From Flavobacteriales bacterium (GTDB lineage Bacteria; Bacteroidota; Bacteroidia; Flavobacteriales_D; Crocinitomicaceae), in the NCBI GenBank assembly GCA_947463345.1, contig CANHSA010000001.1, positions 1 through 48,487 of the forward strand: a stretch of 48,487 nt of DNA, in the 5' to 3' direction. The notes beneath the pieces were generated by a model that was not told the DNA's origin, ran no database searches, and was given only the letters and a program-made list of their open reading frames with translations. The position numbers and the translations under genes were made by a program. Below, piece after piece: positions 18,446 to 27,890 of this stretch (position 1 is the first letter of the stretch; every line of letters begins with the position of its first letter).

Positions 18446-19633
18446 CTAATACAAGAAGTTATTGTAAGGATATCTTACTTTAAAAATAGCTTTTACTTCT
18501 TCGTAAAGAACTTCTTTGAGTTCCTCTACATTTTCTTTGTCTGTAGCAGAAATAAAAACACATTTAGTTTTGCCCATTTTGGACATCCATGATTTCTTCA
18601 AGGATTCTAGCGTGCGAATGTCTTCTTCGGGTTCATTGAGCTCAGCCAAAGGTGGTTGATACGCATCTATTTTATTGAAGACAATAATAGTTGGCTTCTC
18701 TTTGTTGTCAATTTCATTGAGTGTTTCGTTCACTACCTCAAATTGCTCTTCAAAATTAGGATGAGCGATATCCAAGACGTGCACAAGTAAATCTGCCTCC
18801 CGAACCTCATCTAAGGTTGACTTAAAAGACTCCATGAGTTGCTGAGGAAGTTTACGGATAAACCCTACTGTGTCTGTTAATAACAACGGCATGTTGTCAA
18901 TGACCACTTTTCGGACAGTAGTGTCGAGCGTTGCAAAAAGTTTGTTTTCGGCAAAGACATCTGATTTTGACAGCATGTTCATGATGGTGCTCTTCCCTAC
19001 ATTGGTATAACCCACCAATGCAACACGAACCAATTGTCCGCGGTTGCTGCGTTGCACCGTCATTTGCTTGTCAATTTCGCGCAAGCGTTCTTTCATGAGC
19101 GCAATGCGCTGCTGAATAATTCGGCGGTCGGTTTCAATTTGAGATTCACCTGGCCCGCGCAAACCAATACCACCTTTTTGACGCTCAAGGTGAGTCCACA
19201 TGCGGGTAAGGCGAGGAAGCATGTATTGCAATTGCGCAAGTTCTACCTGTGTTTTCGCATGAAAAGTACGTGCCCGACTTGCAAAAATATCTAGAATGAG
19301 AATGGTGCGATCTAAGACTTTGCATTCGAGCTCGCGTTCAATATTGCGCAATTGAGAGGGGCTGAGTTCGTCATCGAAAATAATGAGCTCGATATCGAGG
19401 GCTTTCATGTATTGCTTGATTTCTTCGAGTTTGCCGGTTCCGACGTAAGTGCGCGGATTCGGATAAGGCAATTTTTGAAAGAACTTTTCTACGGTAATGG
19501 CGCCTGCTGTTTCAGCCAGGAATTCTAGTTCGTCGAGGTGTTCTTGGGCAACCTCTTCTGAGGTTTCAGAAGTGATGACACCTACGAGTACGCAGCGTTC
19601 TTCAACGGCATCTACGGTTACGTGTCCTTGCAT
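18446..19633 (-). CDS. hflX: GTPase HflX
   Basis: The HflX N-domain reads ELEFLAETAG, LSPSQLRNIE. The G-domain has GYTNVGKST and DTVGFI. I moved the start to ATG 19633 (TAATG overlap with the cytochrome c stop), because the track's Arg-rich extension overlaps the cytochrome c gene. Confidence 0.9.
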   Translation of the reverse strand: MQGHVTVDAVEERCVLVGVITSETSEEVAQEHLDELEFLAETAGAITVEKFFQKLPYPNPRTYVGTGKLEEIKQYMKALDIELIIFDDELSPSQLRNIERELECKVLDRTILILDIFASRARTFHAKTQVELAQLQYMLPRLTRMWTHLERQKGGIGLRGPGESQIETDRRIIQQRIALMKERLREIDKQMTVQRSNRGQLVRVALVGYTNVGKSTIMNMLSKSDVFAENKLFATLDTTVRKVVIDNMPLLLTDTVGFIRKLPQQLMESFKSTLDEVREADLLVHVLDIAHPNFEEQFEVVNETLNEIDNKEKPTIIVFNKIDAYQPPLAELNEPEEDIRTLESLKKSWMSKMGKTKCVFISATDKENVEELKEVLYEEVKAIFKVRYPYNNFLY

Positions 19634-19965
19634 TAACGACGGAGGCCTTTGATGTGACTGAGCACAAGATTGATATTTTGATCGGTTTCCAAAAGTGCTT
19701 TCATTGAAGGCATAGCGCCTTTCCCTTTTTTGATTATGTGTAAAATATCTTGATCTGAAAGTTTGGACGTACTGAGGTCTCTGGCACCGCTTGCTCCGAG
19801 TTTTCCGTCTTCTCCGTGGCACTGTGCACAGTGCATACTATATAAGCTGGCACCCTGCTCTGCTGGCGTTTGCGAAGATAAATCGTCTTGTTGTTTGGCG
19901 GTCTCCTGACAAGCAATTAACAAGAAACAGAAACAACTTAAAAGAATGCTGTTTTTTAGAACCAT
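19633..19965 (-). CDS. Class I c-type cytochrome, lipoprotein
   Basis: It has the CAQCH heme-binding motif, a distal GAMPSM Met ligand region and a lipobox (FLLIAC). Confidence 0.8.
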   Translation of the reverse strand: MVLKNSILLSCFCFLLIACQETAKQQDDLSSQTPAEQGASLYSMHCAQCHGEDGKLGASGARDLSTSKLSDQDILHIIKKGKGAMPSMKALLETDQNINLVLSHIKGLRR

Positions 19966-20384
19966 CCTGCTCCTAATTCTGCGCGGAAGGGCCAAGGAAT
20001 GAAAGCCAAGACCAAAATAAGTGCAAGGACGTACCAAATTTTGATTGCCTTGAATTTAGCAGCAGCATCTGCTCCTTTTTTTGATTTGCTATGCCCAATT
20101 GTAATGGCAACAATTGCTAAAAGCATTCCTGCAAGGTGTTCCATGCCGAAAAAGCGGTACAGCGGTTCTTTCATCCAGCCTTCAACAAATTGAACTTTTT
20201 CTGATGTAAAATACAAGACCAAACCAAGTAACAATTGCGTATGAAAAGTAATCATCGTGAAGAGGTTCACCAAACGGTGTTTCTTTTCGTAGCTTTTTGC
20301 GGTAAACGCAGAGAAAATTGCCAAAAGCAATAAGAGAAGTGCGATCCAACGCAATCCGGAGTGTGCAGAAATCAGAGCTTGCAT
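19956..20384 (-). CDS. Four-helix membrane protein with intramembrane histidines (possible b-type cytochrome)
   Basis: The 142-aa product has 4 TM segments. His residues occur in or near the helices: SAHSGLRW, ITFHTQLL, GMEHLAGM, TIGHSK. It overlaps the cytochrome c gene by 10 nt. Confidence 0.5.
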   Translation of the reverse strand: MQALISAHSGLRWIALLLLLLAIFSAFTAKSYEKKHRLVNLFTMITFHTQLLLGLVLYFTSEKVQFVEGWMKEPLYRFFGMEHLAGMLLAIVAITIGHSKSKKGADAAAKFKAIKIWYVLALILVLAFIPWPFRAELGAGWF

Positions 20385-20402
20385 ATTGTTGAGTTTAGGG
20401 GT

Positions 20403-22199
20403 TTAGTCGTTGAGTTTGAGGACAGCCAAAAATGCTTCTTGCGGCACTTCTACACGGCCGACTTGTCGCATGCGTTTTTTACCTGCCTTTTGTTTTTCTA
20501 ATAATTTACGTTTACGGGAGATATCCCCGCCATAACACTTGGCAGTAACATCTTTTCGAAGTGCTTTAATGGTTTCGCGCGCAATGACTTTAGCGCCAAT
20601 AGCAGCTTGAATTGGGATTTCAAATTGTTGACGCGGGATGAGCTCGCGCAGTTTGACACATATTCTTTTGCCGAGGTCAAACGCGTTACTGCGGTGCACC
20701 AATGCTGAAAGCGCATCGACTTGCTCGCCGTTCAATAAGAGGTCCATCTTGACAAGGTCAGATTCTTTGTAACCAATTGGGTGGTAGTCAAAAGACGCAT
20801 AACCTCGAGAGACTGACTTTAAGCGATCGTAAAAGTCGAATACAATCTCGGCAAGTGGCATTTCAAAGGTGATCTCGACGCGGTCTTGAGTAAGGTAAAC
20901 CTGATTTTGAAGCTCGCCTCGTTTTTCGATACAAAGCGTCATGATAGAGCCGACGTATTCGGTTTTGGTGATGACTTGTGCTTTGATATAGGGCTCTTCG
21001 ATGCGGTCCATGCCGGATGGGTCTGGAAGCTCAGAAGGGTTATTGACAATCATGACTTCGTCTGGGTCTTTTTTCATGTAAGACTTGTACGAAACGTTTG
21101 GAACCGTGGTAATGACGGTCATGTTGAACTCGCGCTCTAAGCGTTCTTGAATGATTTCCATGTGGAGCATGCCGAGGAAACCACAACGGAAACCAAAGCC
21201 AAGGGCGGCAGAAGATTCAGGTTCAAAAACCAAAGAGGAGTCGTTGAGTTGAAGTTTCTCCATGGAATAGCGGAGTTCTTCGTAGTCTTCGGTGTCCACG
21301 GGATAAATACCGGCAAAGACCATTGGCTTGACGTCCTCGAAACCTTTGATGGCGGTTTCGCAAGGGTTGTCTGAACCAGTGATGGTGTCGCCAACTTTGA
21401 CTTCATTGGCAGCTTTAATGCCTGAAATAATATAACCGACATCGCCAGCACGAACTTCGGATTTAGGCGATAAATCCATTTTGAGGATACCGATTTCGTC
21501 TGCATTGTAATCGCGACCTGTATTCAAAAAACGAACCTTTTGTCCTTTTTTGAGGACGCCATTCTTGATGCGGTAATAAGCGATAATGCCGCGGAAAGGA
21601 TTGAAAACAGAATCGAAGATCATGGCTTGTAATGGCGCTGCTTCGTCTCCTTTAGGTGCAGGAATACGGTTCACGACCGCTTCTAAAATTTTATCTACGC
21701 CCAGACCTGTTTTGCCGGAGGCCTGAATGATGTCCTCGATGTCACAGCCGATGAGCTCCATGATTTGGTCCGAAACTTCTTCGGGCATGGCGCCTGGTAA
21801 GTCCATCTTGTTGAGGATGGGTATGATTTCGAGGTCGTGCTCGAGCGCTAAGTAAAGATTGGAAATGGTTTGTGCTTCAATACCTTGTGAAGCGTCGACA
21901 ATGAGCAAAGCGCCTTCGCAAGCAGCAATAGAGCGCGAGACTTCGTATGAAAAGTCGACGTGCCCTGGGGTGTCGATGAGGTTGAGAATGTAGTCTTGAC
22001 CTTCGTGCTTGTAGCTCATTTGGATGGCGTGCGACTTGATGGTGATGCCGCGCTCGCGCTCTAGGTCCATGTCGTCGAGCGCCTGGGCTTGCATCTCGCG
22101 ATCCGAGATGGTGCCAGTGGTTTGGAGCAAGCGATCTGCTAGCGTGCTTTTGCCGTGATCAATGTGGGCAATAATACAAAAATTGCGGATGTGCTTCAT
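20403..22199 (-). CDS. lepA: Translation elongation factor 4 (LepA)
   Basis: The translation [38 protein letters not shown] and the LepA C-terminal domain are present. I set the start at ATG 22199. Confidence 0.95.
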   Translation of the reverse strand: MKHIRNFCIIAHIDHGKSTLADRLLQTTGTISDREMQAQALDDMDLERERGITIKSHAIQMSYKHEGQDYILNLIDTPGHVDFSYEVSRSIAACEGALLIVDASQGIEAQTISNLYLALEHDLEIIPILNKMDLPGAMPEEVSDQIMELIGCDIEDIIQASGKTGLGVDKILEAVVNRIPAPKGDEAAPLQAMIFDSVFNPFRGIIAYYRIKNGVLKKGQKVRFLNTGRDYNADEIGILKMDLSPKSEVRAGDVGYIISGIKAANEVKVGDTITGSDNPCETAIKGFEDVKPMVFAGIYPVDTEDYEELRYSMEKLQLNDSSLVFEPESSAALGFGFRCGFLGMLHMEIIQERLEREFNMTVITTVPNVSYKSYMKKDPDEVMIVNNPSELPDPSGMDRIEEPYIKAQVITKTEYVGSIMTLCIEKRGELQNQVYLTQDRVEITFEMPLAEIVFDFYDRLKSVSRGYASFDYHPIGYKESDLVKMDLLLNGEQVDALSALVHRSNAFDLGKRICVKLRELIPRQQFEIPIQAAIGAKVIARETIKALRKDVTAKCYGGDISRKRKLLEKQKAGKKRMRQVGRVEVPQEAFLAVLKLND

Positions 22200-22243
22200 A
22201 GGTTGCAAAAATACAGAATCTATGCCACATAACAAGCCGCAAA

Positions 22244-23293
22244 TTACAGGTGCTTGTCCGTAAATCTACTGATATTTATTTCTGGATTCAAAGGCTTGTT
22301 CGCAGTGATGTGTTCAGCCAATTCACGGGCTAATGTCGGGGCCATCATATACCCTTTTGTGCCCAAACCATTGAAAATAAAAACGCCCGGATAGTTTGGA
22401 TGCATTCCCATTAAAGGCCTGCGGTCCAAAACAGTAGGCCTGACCCCTGCAACTTGCTCTATCACTTTCGGATGATACGTGCCAAGCGCTTCGAGCGTCT
22501 GTAACAAATACGATTTCCCTTCCTCAGTTGTGGTAAGGGTAGGATTGTTAAATTCATAGGTTGCTCCTATTCTAAAGCGTTTTTGACCGTAAGGCAACAC
22601 AAAGCATTTTCTATTCAAGGACTCTCCTTCCGGCAAAAGTTCGCTTTCTACCAATAAAGTCTGTCCTTTGGTTTGCTGCAAAGGCAGATAAGCAAATGTT
22701 TCCTCTTCTTTTTGTAAATACCCCATGCAAAAAATCACAAAATCGTAGCTTTCTCCTTGATATCTACAAGCGGCGGGGTTCCATGCTTGCGGATCGAATT
22801 GAGCTTCTACCAAAACACCATTTGCTTTGAAATAAACGGCATGCTCTTGCACCCAACCTGCGGCATCTATCCAAAACGCGTTTTTAACCCTACCGCTTCC
22901 ATAGGTGTTGTTGGCAGTTTGGTTTTGCTCATCTGCCAGACTGATTTTTTCTAAATAAGACTCATAAGCCGTATCATTTGAGCGCTCTTCCCAAAGCAAG
23001 CGCTCTTGTGCTGAGGAAAAGAACCGCCTGATCACAATTGGATGATAGATCTTGGTATTTAATTTTTTTTCGATTGCTAGATAAAACTGTTGTGCCTCCG
23101 GAAGAAACTCATCTAAGCGCCAGGATTTATTCATGCGGCGAAAAACCATTGGGTTCACCATGCCTGCAGCAATTGCACTTGAATGGTTGTGGCCTTGATC
23201 CAGCATTTTCACGGAGATGCCCTTAGCGAGCAATTGATGCGCCAAACACGTTCCCGCCAACCCCGCTCCAATAATAAGTGCTTTTTGTGCCAT
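22244..23293 (-). CDS. FAD-dependent oxidoreductase (DAO family; resembles the MnmC oxidoreductase domain)
   Basis: It has the N-terminal dinucleotide-binding motif [15 protein letters not shown] and a length and pattern typical of the DAO family. Confidence 0.7.
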   Translation of the reverse strand: MAQKALIIGAGLAGTCLAHQLLAKGISVKMLDQGHNHSSAIAAGMVNPMVFRRMNKSWRLDEFLPEAQQFYLAIEKKLNTKIYHPIVIRRFFSSAQERLLWEERSNDTAYESYLEKISLADEQNQTANNTYGSGRVKNAFWIDAAGWVQEHAVYFKANGVLVEAQFDPQAWNPAACRYQGESYDFVIFCMGYLQKEEETFAYLPLQQTKGQTLLVESELLPEGESLNRKCFVLPYGQKRFRIGATYEFNNPTLTTTEEGKSYLLQTLEALGTYHPKVIEQVAGVRPTVLDRRPLMGMHPNYPGVFIFNGLGTKGYMMAPTLARELAEHITANKPLNPEINISRFTDKHL

Positions 23294-23296
23294 CTG

Positions 23297-24019
23297 TTAT
23301 TTCGTGAAAGCGAAACTAAGCAAACTAATTTGAACTTTTGGGTTAGCAGCCTTGATCGCCCGCGCTAAAGACTCCAAAGTGGCACCTGTAGTGATGACGT
23401 CATCCACAATTAATACATGGCTAAAATTCCTAATTTGCGAAGAAGCAGCAAACATATTTTGTACGTTGTCCCAGCGACCAAAACGGTCGTTAGTAGTTTG
23501 ACTATTCGTGTGTTTTCGTTTGTGCACCAAGCCCTTTAATACCGGCACGCCCCACTCTTTAGAAAGGCCACGTGCCAATAATTCACTCTGATTATAACCT
23601 CTTGCAAACTTCTTTTTGGGGTGAATTGGCACCGGTAGTACGGCCTCAACTTTACTCATCGGATGATGCAAAAGCTGTTGTGCCATATGTTCACCTAGAA
23701 AAATACCTAATGGCGCTTTGAAATCGTATTTCAAGGCGCGGATCAAAGACTGACTGACTTTTCCTTTGCCATATACATACAGCGCACAAGTATGTTTGAT
23801 TTCTACCCGATTCCAAAAGAGCTTGTCTAAAATGCTGGGGTCTTTTTGAAGCTCAAAATAGGTGCGCTCAAGGCCCTCCCAACAAATCCAACACAAGTAG
23901 CGCTCTTGTGCTACTAATTCCTTATTGCAATGCAAACAGACGTTTGTAAAGACCAAATGTCCGAGCCCATCTGTGTAGTTTTTAAGTACTATACCTAGCT
24001 TTTGAATGTATGTCGCCAT
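23297..24019 (-). CDS. comF: ComF-family phosphoribosyltransferase-like protein
   Basis: It has an N-terminal CxxC...CxxC zinc ribbon (CLHCNKE...CWICW) and the C-terminal PRTase motif VLIVDDVITTGATL. Confidence 0.8.
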   Translation of the reverse strand: MATYIQKLGIVLKNYTDGLGHLVFTNVCLHCNKELVAQERYLCWICWEGLERTYFELQKDPSILDKLFWNRVEIKHTCALYVYGKGKVSQSLIRALKYDFKAPLGIFLGEHMAQQLLHHPMSKVEAVLPVPIHPKKKFARGYNQSELLARGLSKEWGVPVLKGLVHKRKHTNSQTTNDRFGRWDNVQNMFAASSQIRNFSHVLIVDDVITTGATLESLARAIKAANPKVQISLLSFAFTK

Positions 24020-24317
24020 TTAGCTTTTTAATTTAACATTTGTTTGTTTAAAAGTGTCGAGAAATTACCGCACAATTCTAACGAACATCTGTTAACTTTA
24101 TTGAGGTTTCCTTTCATACGAAATTTATCGGTTCGCCACTACAATTTTCTTCGGAAAAATTATCAAAACATCACGCAAAAGCATGTGAATATCTTTCTTG
24201 GGCATGTTGAAATCCGCTGAAGGGTTTGTCCACGAAAGGTTTGCGCATTTTAGTGTTGAAAACCGCGATTAAATGTTAATTTCTTTAATTGATTCGAGCC
24301 CGAATTTTAACAAATTT

Positions 24318-24353
24318 TGTAACCCTGATTTATTTAAAAATCTGCAACCCTGA
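24318..24353 (+). repeat. Two copies of TGYAACCCTGA, 25 nt apart, immediately upstream of the nrdB start
   Basis: tgtaaccctga lies at 24318-24328 and tgcaaccctga at 24343-24353. The second copy ends 4 nt before ATG 24358. Confidence 0.6.
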
Positions 24354-24357
24354 AGCT

Positions 24358-25338
24358 ATGACAAAAACACTACACGAACCGATTCTTGAAGAAAATAAAA
24401 GCCGTTTCGTACTGTTCCCGATTCAACACGACGACATCTGGAGCTTCTACAAAAAAGCAGAGGCTAGCTTTTGGACTGCCGAAGAAATCGATCTTTCTCC
24501 AGACCTCATCGACTGGGAAAACAAACTCAACGACGACGAACGTCATTTCATCAAACATGTTTTGGCATTTTTTGCGGCTTCAGATGGCATCGTCAACGAA
24601 AATTTAGCTGAGCACTTTCTCAATGAAGTCCAATATACCGAAGCAAAATTTTTCTACGGTTTTCAGGTCACCATGGAAAACATTCATTCTGAAACCTACT
24701 CACTCCTCATCGACACCTACATCAAAGACACCCAAGACAAAAATCACCTTTTCAACGCCATCGATACTGTCGACTGCGTCCGTAAAAAAGCGGATTGGGC
24801 TTTGCGCTGGATTGACAAAGGTTCTTATGCCGAGCGCTTAGTGGCTTTTGCCGCTGTCGAAGGCATTTTCTTCTCAGGTTCGTTTTGTTCTATTTTTTGG
24901 CTCAAGAAACGCGGCTTAATGCCAGGTCTTTCCTTCTCTAACGAACTCATCTCTAGAGACGAAGGCTTGCATTGTGATTTCGCTTGTTTGCTTTACACCA
25001 AGCACTTGGTCAATCAACTTCCTAAGGAGCAAGTTCAAGAAATCATTACCCATGCAGTAGAGATCGAGAAAGAATTTGTCACAGATGCACTTCCGGTTAA
25101 ACTCATCGGCATGAACAGCGACCTCATGGGTCAATACATCGAGTTTGTTGCCGATCGTCTCCTTGTTGAACTCGGTAACGAACGCGTCTACAACGCCACT
25201 AACCCATTTGACTTCATGGACATGATTTCAATTCAAGGAAAAACTAATTTCTTTGAAAAGCGCGTAGGTGAATACCAAAAAGCTGGCGTGTTAGCTGGCA
25301 AAGAGAATCAAGCATTTAGCCTTGATGAAGATTTTTAA
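24358..25338 (+). CDS. nrdB: Ribonucleotide-diphosphate reductase beta subunit (class Ia R2)
   Basis: It has di-iron/tyrosyl signatures ([37 protein letters not shown]) and an acidic C-terminal tail (SLDEDF). Confidence 0.92.
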   Translation: MTKTLHEPILEENKSRFVLFPIQHDDIWSFYKKAEASFWTAEEIDLSPDLIDWENKLNDDERHFIKHVLAFFAASDGIVNENLAEHFLNEVQYTEAKFFYGFQVTMENIHSETYSLLIDTYIKDTQDKNHLFNAIDTVDCVRKKADWALRWIDKGSYAERLVAFAAVEGIFFSGSFCSIFWLKKRGLMPGLSFSNELISRDEGLHCDFACLLYTKHLVNQLPKEQVQEIITHAVEIEKEFVTDALPVKLIGMNSDLMGQYIEFVADRLLVELGNERVYNATNPFDFMDMISIQGKTNFFEKRVGEYQKAGVLAGKENQAFSLDEDF

Positions 25339-25369
25339 ACCTAACTAAAACTATAAATATAAGGAGCAT

Positions 25370-27733
25370 ATGTACGTTGTAAAAAGAGACGGAAGAAAAG
25401 AGTCCGTCAAATTCGATAAAATTACGGCGCGCATCGTCAAGATGTGCTACGGTCTAGATCCACTTGTTTCACCAGAAGCTGTTGCCATGAAAGTCATTGA
25501 AGGGCTTTTTGACGGCGTGAGTACAACCGAACTAGACAACCTAGCCGCAGAAGTTGCTGCAGCAAAAACAATTGATCACCCAGACTATGCATTACTTGCG
25601 TCTCGCATTGCCGTTTCCAATCTCCACAAAGAGACCAAGAAAACATTTTCTGAAGTCATGCACGACATGTACCACTATGTTGATAACAAAACAAACGAAG
25701 CTGCTTCGCTCCTTGCAGACGACGTTTACCAAATCATCATGGACAACAAAGAAGTGCTTGACTCCAGCATTATCTACGACCGCGACTTCCGCTACGACTA
25801 CTTTGGTTTCAAAACCTTAACGCGCTCTTACCTCATGCGCTTGTATGGCAAAATCGTTGAGCGTCCACAACAAATGTTAATGCGTGTGGCCATTGGTATC
25901 CACAAAGACGACATCCAATCTGCCATTAAAACTTATAACCTGATGTCAGAAGGTTGGTTTACTCATGCAACACCAACACTCTTTAATTCTGGCACGCCGA
26001 AACCACAAATGTCTTCTTGCTTCTTGCTTACCATGAAAGAAGACAGCATCAGCGGCATCTATGACACCCTTAAGTCGTGTGCACAAATTTCGCAATCTGC
26101 AGGCGGCATTGGTTTGTCCATCCACGACATCCGCGCCACAGGTTCTTACATCAAAGGCACAAACGGCGCCTCTAACGGCATTGTACCAATGCTTCGCGTC
26201 TTCAATGACACCGCACGCTACGTTGACCAAGGTGGTGGCAAGCGCAAAGGCTCTTTCGCCATCTACATCGAGCCTTGGCATGCCGACGTCTTTGATTTTC
26301 TCGACCTCAAGAAAAACCACGGTAAAGAAGAACAACGCGCACGCGACCTCTTCTACGCACTCTGGATTCCAGACCTCTTCATGAAACGCGTAAAAGAAAA
26401 CGGCGACTGGACCCTCATGTGTCCGCACGAATGTCCAGGTCTTTCCGATACGCACTCCGCAGAATTCGAAGCACTTTATACCAAATACGAGCAAGAAGGA
26501 AAAGGACGCAAAACCATCAAAGCACAAGACTTATGGTTCAAAATCCTCGAATCTCAAATTGAAACCGGCACGCCTTACATGCTTTATAAAGATGCTGCCA
26601 ATTCAAAATCTAACCAACAAAACCTCGGAACCATCAAGTCTTCAAACTTGTGTACCGAAATCATCGAATATACAGCGCCAGACGAAGTTGCAGTTTGTAA
26701 CCTTGCCTCACTTGCGCTTCCTAAATTCGTTACCGAAGAAGGCACATTTGACCACGACAAACTTTTCGAAGTAACCTATCAAGCAACGCTCAACCTTAAC
26801 CGCATCATCGACAACAACTTCTATCCAGTAGAAGAAGCGCGCAACTCCAATATGCGTCACCGCCCTATTGGTTTAGGTGTTCAAGGTTTAGCCGATGCAT
26901 TCATTATGCTTGGTATGCCGTTTGAATCTGAAGAAGCGCGCGCACTCAACCGCGAAGTATTTGAAACCATCTACTTTGCATCCATGACCGCTTCTAAAGA
27001 CCTCGCTAAAGTAGACGGCCCATACCAAACCATCAAAGGTTCGCCTGTGTCTAAAGGTATTTTCCAATTTGACATGTGGGGAGTAACTCCTACAAGCCGT
27101 TGGGAATGGGATATCCTCAAAAGCGAAGTGAAAAAACACGGTGTGCGCAACTCCCTATTACTCGCGCCAATGCCAACAGCATCCACCGCTCAAATCCTCG
27201 GCAACAACGAGTGTTTCGAACCATACACCTCTAACATCTACACCCGTCGTGTATTGTCAGGCGAATTCATTATCGTCAACAAGCACTTGCTCAAAGACCT
27301 CGTTCGCGAAGGCCTCTGGAACAAAGACATGCGTCAAAAAATCATGGCGGCAAACGGATCCATTCAAAATATCCAAGATATCCCTCAACGTTTAAAAGAT
27401 CTTTATAAAACTGCCTGGGAAATCTCTCAAAAAGCCATTATCGAACAAGCTGCTGACCGCGGTGCCTATATCTGTCAAAGTCAATCTCTCAACATCTTCA
27501 TGGAAAACGCCAACTTCGGCAAACTTACTTCTATGCACTTCTACGGTTGGGAAAAAGGACTCAAAACAGGTATGTACTACCTCCGTACCAAAGCAGCAAC
27601 CGATGCGATCAAATTTACCGTTGACAAAACGGTTACCGAAGAGCCAAAGGCAGCCAATATCGTTGAAGACCAGCAAGCAGCAATTGCCTGCTCACTCGAC
27701 GACCCAGATGGTTGTGAAATGTGTTCCGGATAG
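25370..27733 (+). CDS. nrdA: Ribonucleotide-diphosphate reductase alpha subunit (class Ia R1)
   Basis: It has an N-terminal ATP-cone ([16 protein letters not shown]), the catalytic motifs SSCFL and NLCTEI, and the C-terminal CEMC redox pair. Confidence 0.95.
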   Translation: MYVVKRDGRKESVKFDKITARIVKMCYGLDPLVSPEAVAMKVIEGLFDGVSTTELDNLAAEVAAAKTIDHPDYALLASRIAVSNLHKETKKTFSEVMHDMYHYVDNKTNEAASLLADDVYQIIMDNKEVLDSSIIYDRDFRYDYFGFKTLTRSYLMRLYGKIVERPQQMLMRVAIGIHKDDIQSAIKTYNLMSEGWFTHATPTLFNSGTPKPQMSSCFLLTMKEDSISGIYDTLKSCAQISQSAGGIGLSIHDIRATGSYIKGTNGASNGIVPMLRVFNDTARYVDQGGGKRKGSFAIYIEPWHADVFDFLDLKKNHGKEEQRARDLFYALWIPDLFMKRVKENGDWTLMCPHECPGLSDTHSAEFEALYTKYEQEGKGRKTIKAQDLWFKILESQIETGTPYMLYKDAANSKSNQQNLGTIKSSNLCTEIIEYTAPDEVAVCNLASLALPKFVTEEGTFDHDKLFEVTYQATLNLNRIIDNNFYPVEEARNSNMRHRPIGLGVQGLADAFIMLGMPFESEEARALNREVFETIYFASMTASKDLAKVDGPYQTIKGSPVSKGIFQFDMWGVTPTSRWEWDILKSEVKKHGVRNSLLLAPMPTASTAQILGNNECFEPYTSNIYTRRVLSGEFIIVNKHLLKDLVREGLWNKDMRQKIMAANGSIQNIQDIPQRLKDLYKTAWEISQKAIIEQAADRGAYICQSQSLNIFMENANFGKLTSMHFYGWEKGLKTGMYYLRTKAATDAIKFTVDKTVTEEPKAANIVEDQQAAIACSLDDPDGCEMCSG

Positions 27734-27804
27734 AAGCGGCGCTAGCCGGTTGTATGTGGAACGTAAATTCATGAACGAAGTGAACTAAATGTGTTCCGGA
27801 TAGA
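27717..27804 (+). repeat. 18-nt perfect direct repeat AAATGTGTTCCGGATAGA (27717-27734 and 27787-27804) duplicating the nrdA stop region
   Basis: I read both copies directly from the sequence, 70 nt apart. A third degenerate partial copy, ggttgtatgtgga, lies at about 27748-27760; compare ggttgtgaaatgtg in the gene. Confidence 0.85.
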
Positions 27805-27826
27805 TTTCTCGTTACCAATTGATAAT

Positions 27827-27854
27827 AAAAAGGCCTGCAATTGCAGGCCTTTTT
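27827..27854 (+). terminator. Rho-independent terminator after nrdA
   Basis: A perfect 20-nt palindrome AGGCCTGCAATTGCAGGCCT is flanked by AAAA and TTTT. Confidence 0.85.
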
Positions 27855-27890
27855 AATTATACCCCTTACCTTTGCACTTTCCTTCTAATT

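Noticed and set aside
18412-18447. Inverted repeat AGCTATTT...AAATAGCT between convergent rnr and hflX, considered as a terminator
   Set aside because: The stem is AT-rich with a 20-nt loop, there is no U-tract on either strand, and it overlaps the hflX stop. This is too weak to call.
19634-19822. Arg/Lys-rich 63-aa N-terminal extension of the hflX ORF (MPRRRRKTRSKR...)
   Set aside because: It overlaps the cytochrome c gene in another frame, and that gene has clear CxxCH and lipobox features. HflX homology begins at the ATG at 19633.
24020-24357. Cobalamin riboswitch or NrdR-box operator upstream of nrdB
   Set aside because: I looked for a B12-box-like core and for paired 16-bp NrdR palindromes and found neither by eye. 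Only a GCCACT fragment is present. The region is kept as an unexplained leader rather than a named element.
25355-25369. Shine-Dalgarno-like AAGGAG upstream of nrdA, and TAAGGAG before the ECF sigma gene at 31888-31894
   Set aside because: These are isolated matches. Most genes here lack such motifs, which is consistent with Bacteroidota, and the spacing at the sigma gene is too short. They are not evidence for anything unusual.
25946-26527. 193-aa antisense ORF inside nrdA, and similar long shadow ORFs (6994..7356, 32863..33261, 17429..17776, 21137..21505, 29496..29831, 47081..47416)
   Set aside because: All lie opposite or out of frame within strongly supported genes. Their composition is low-complexity or biased and they have no recognisable motifs, so they are typical shadow ORFs.
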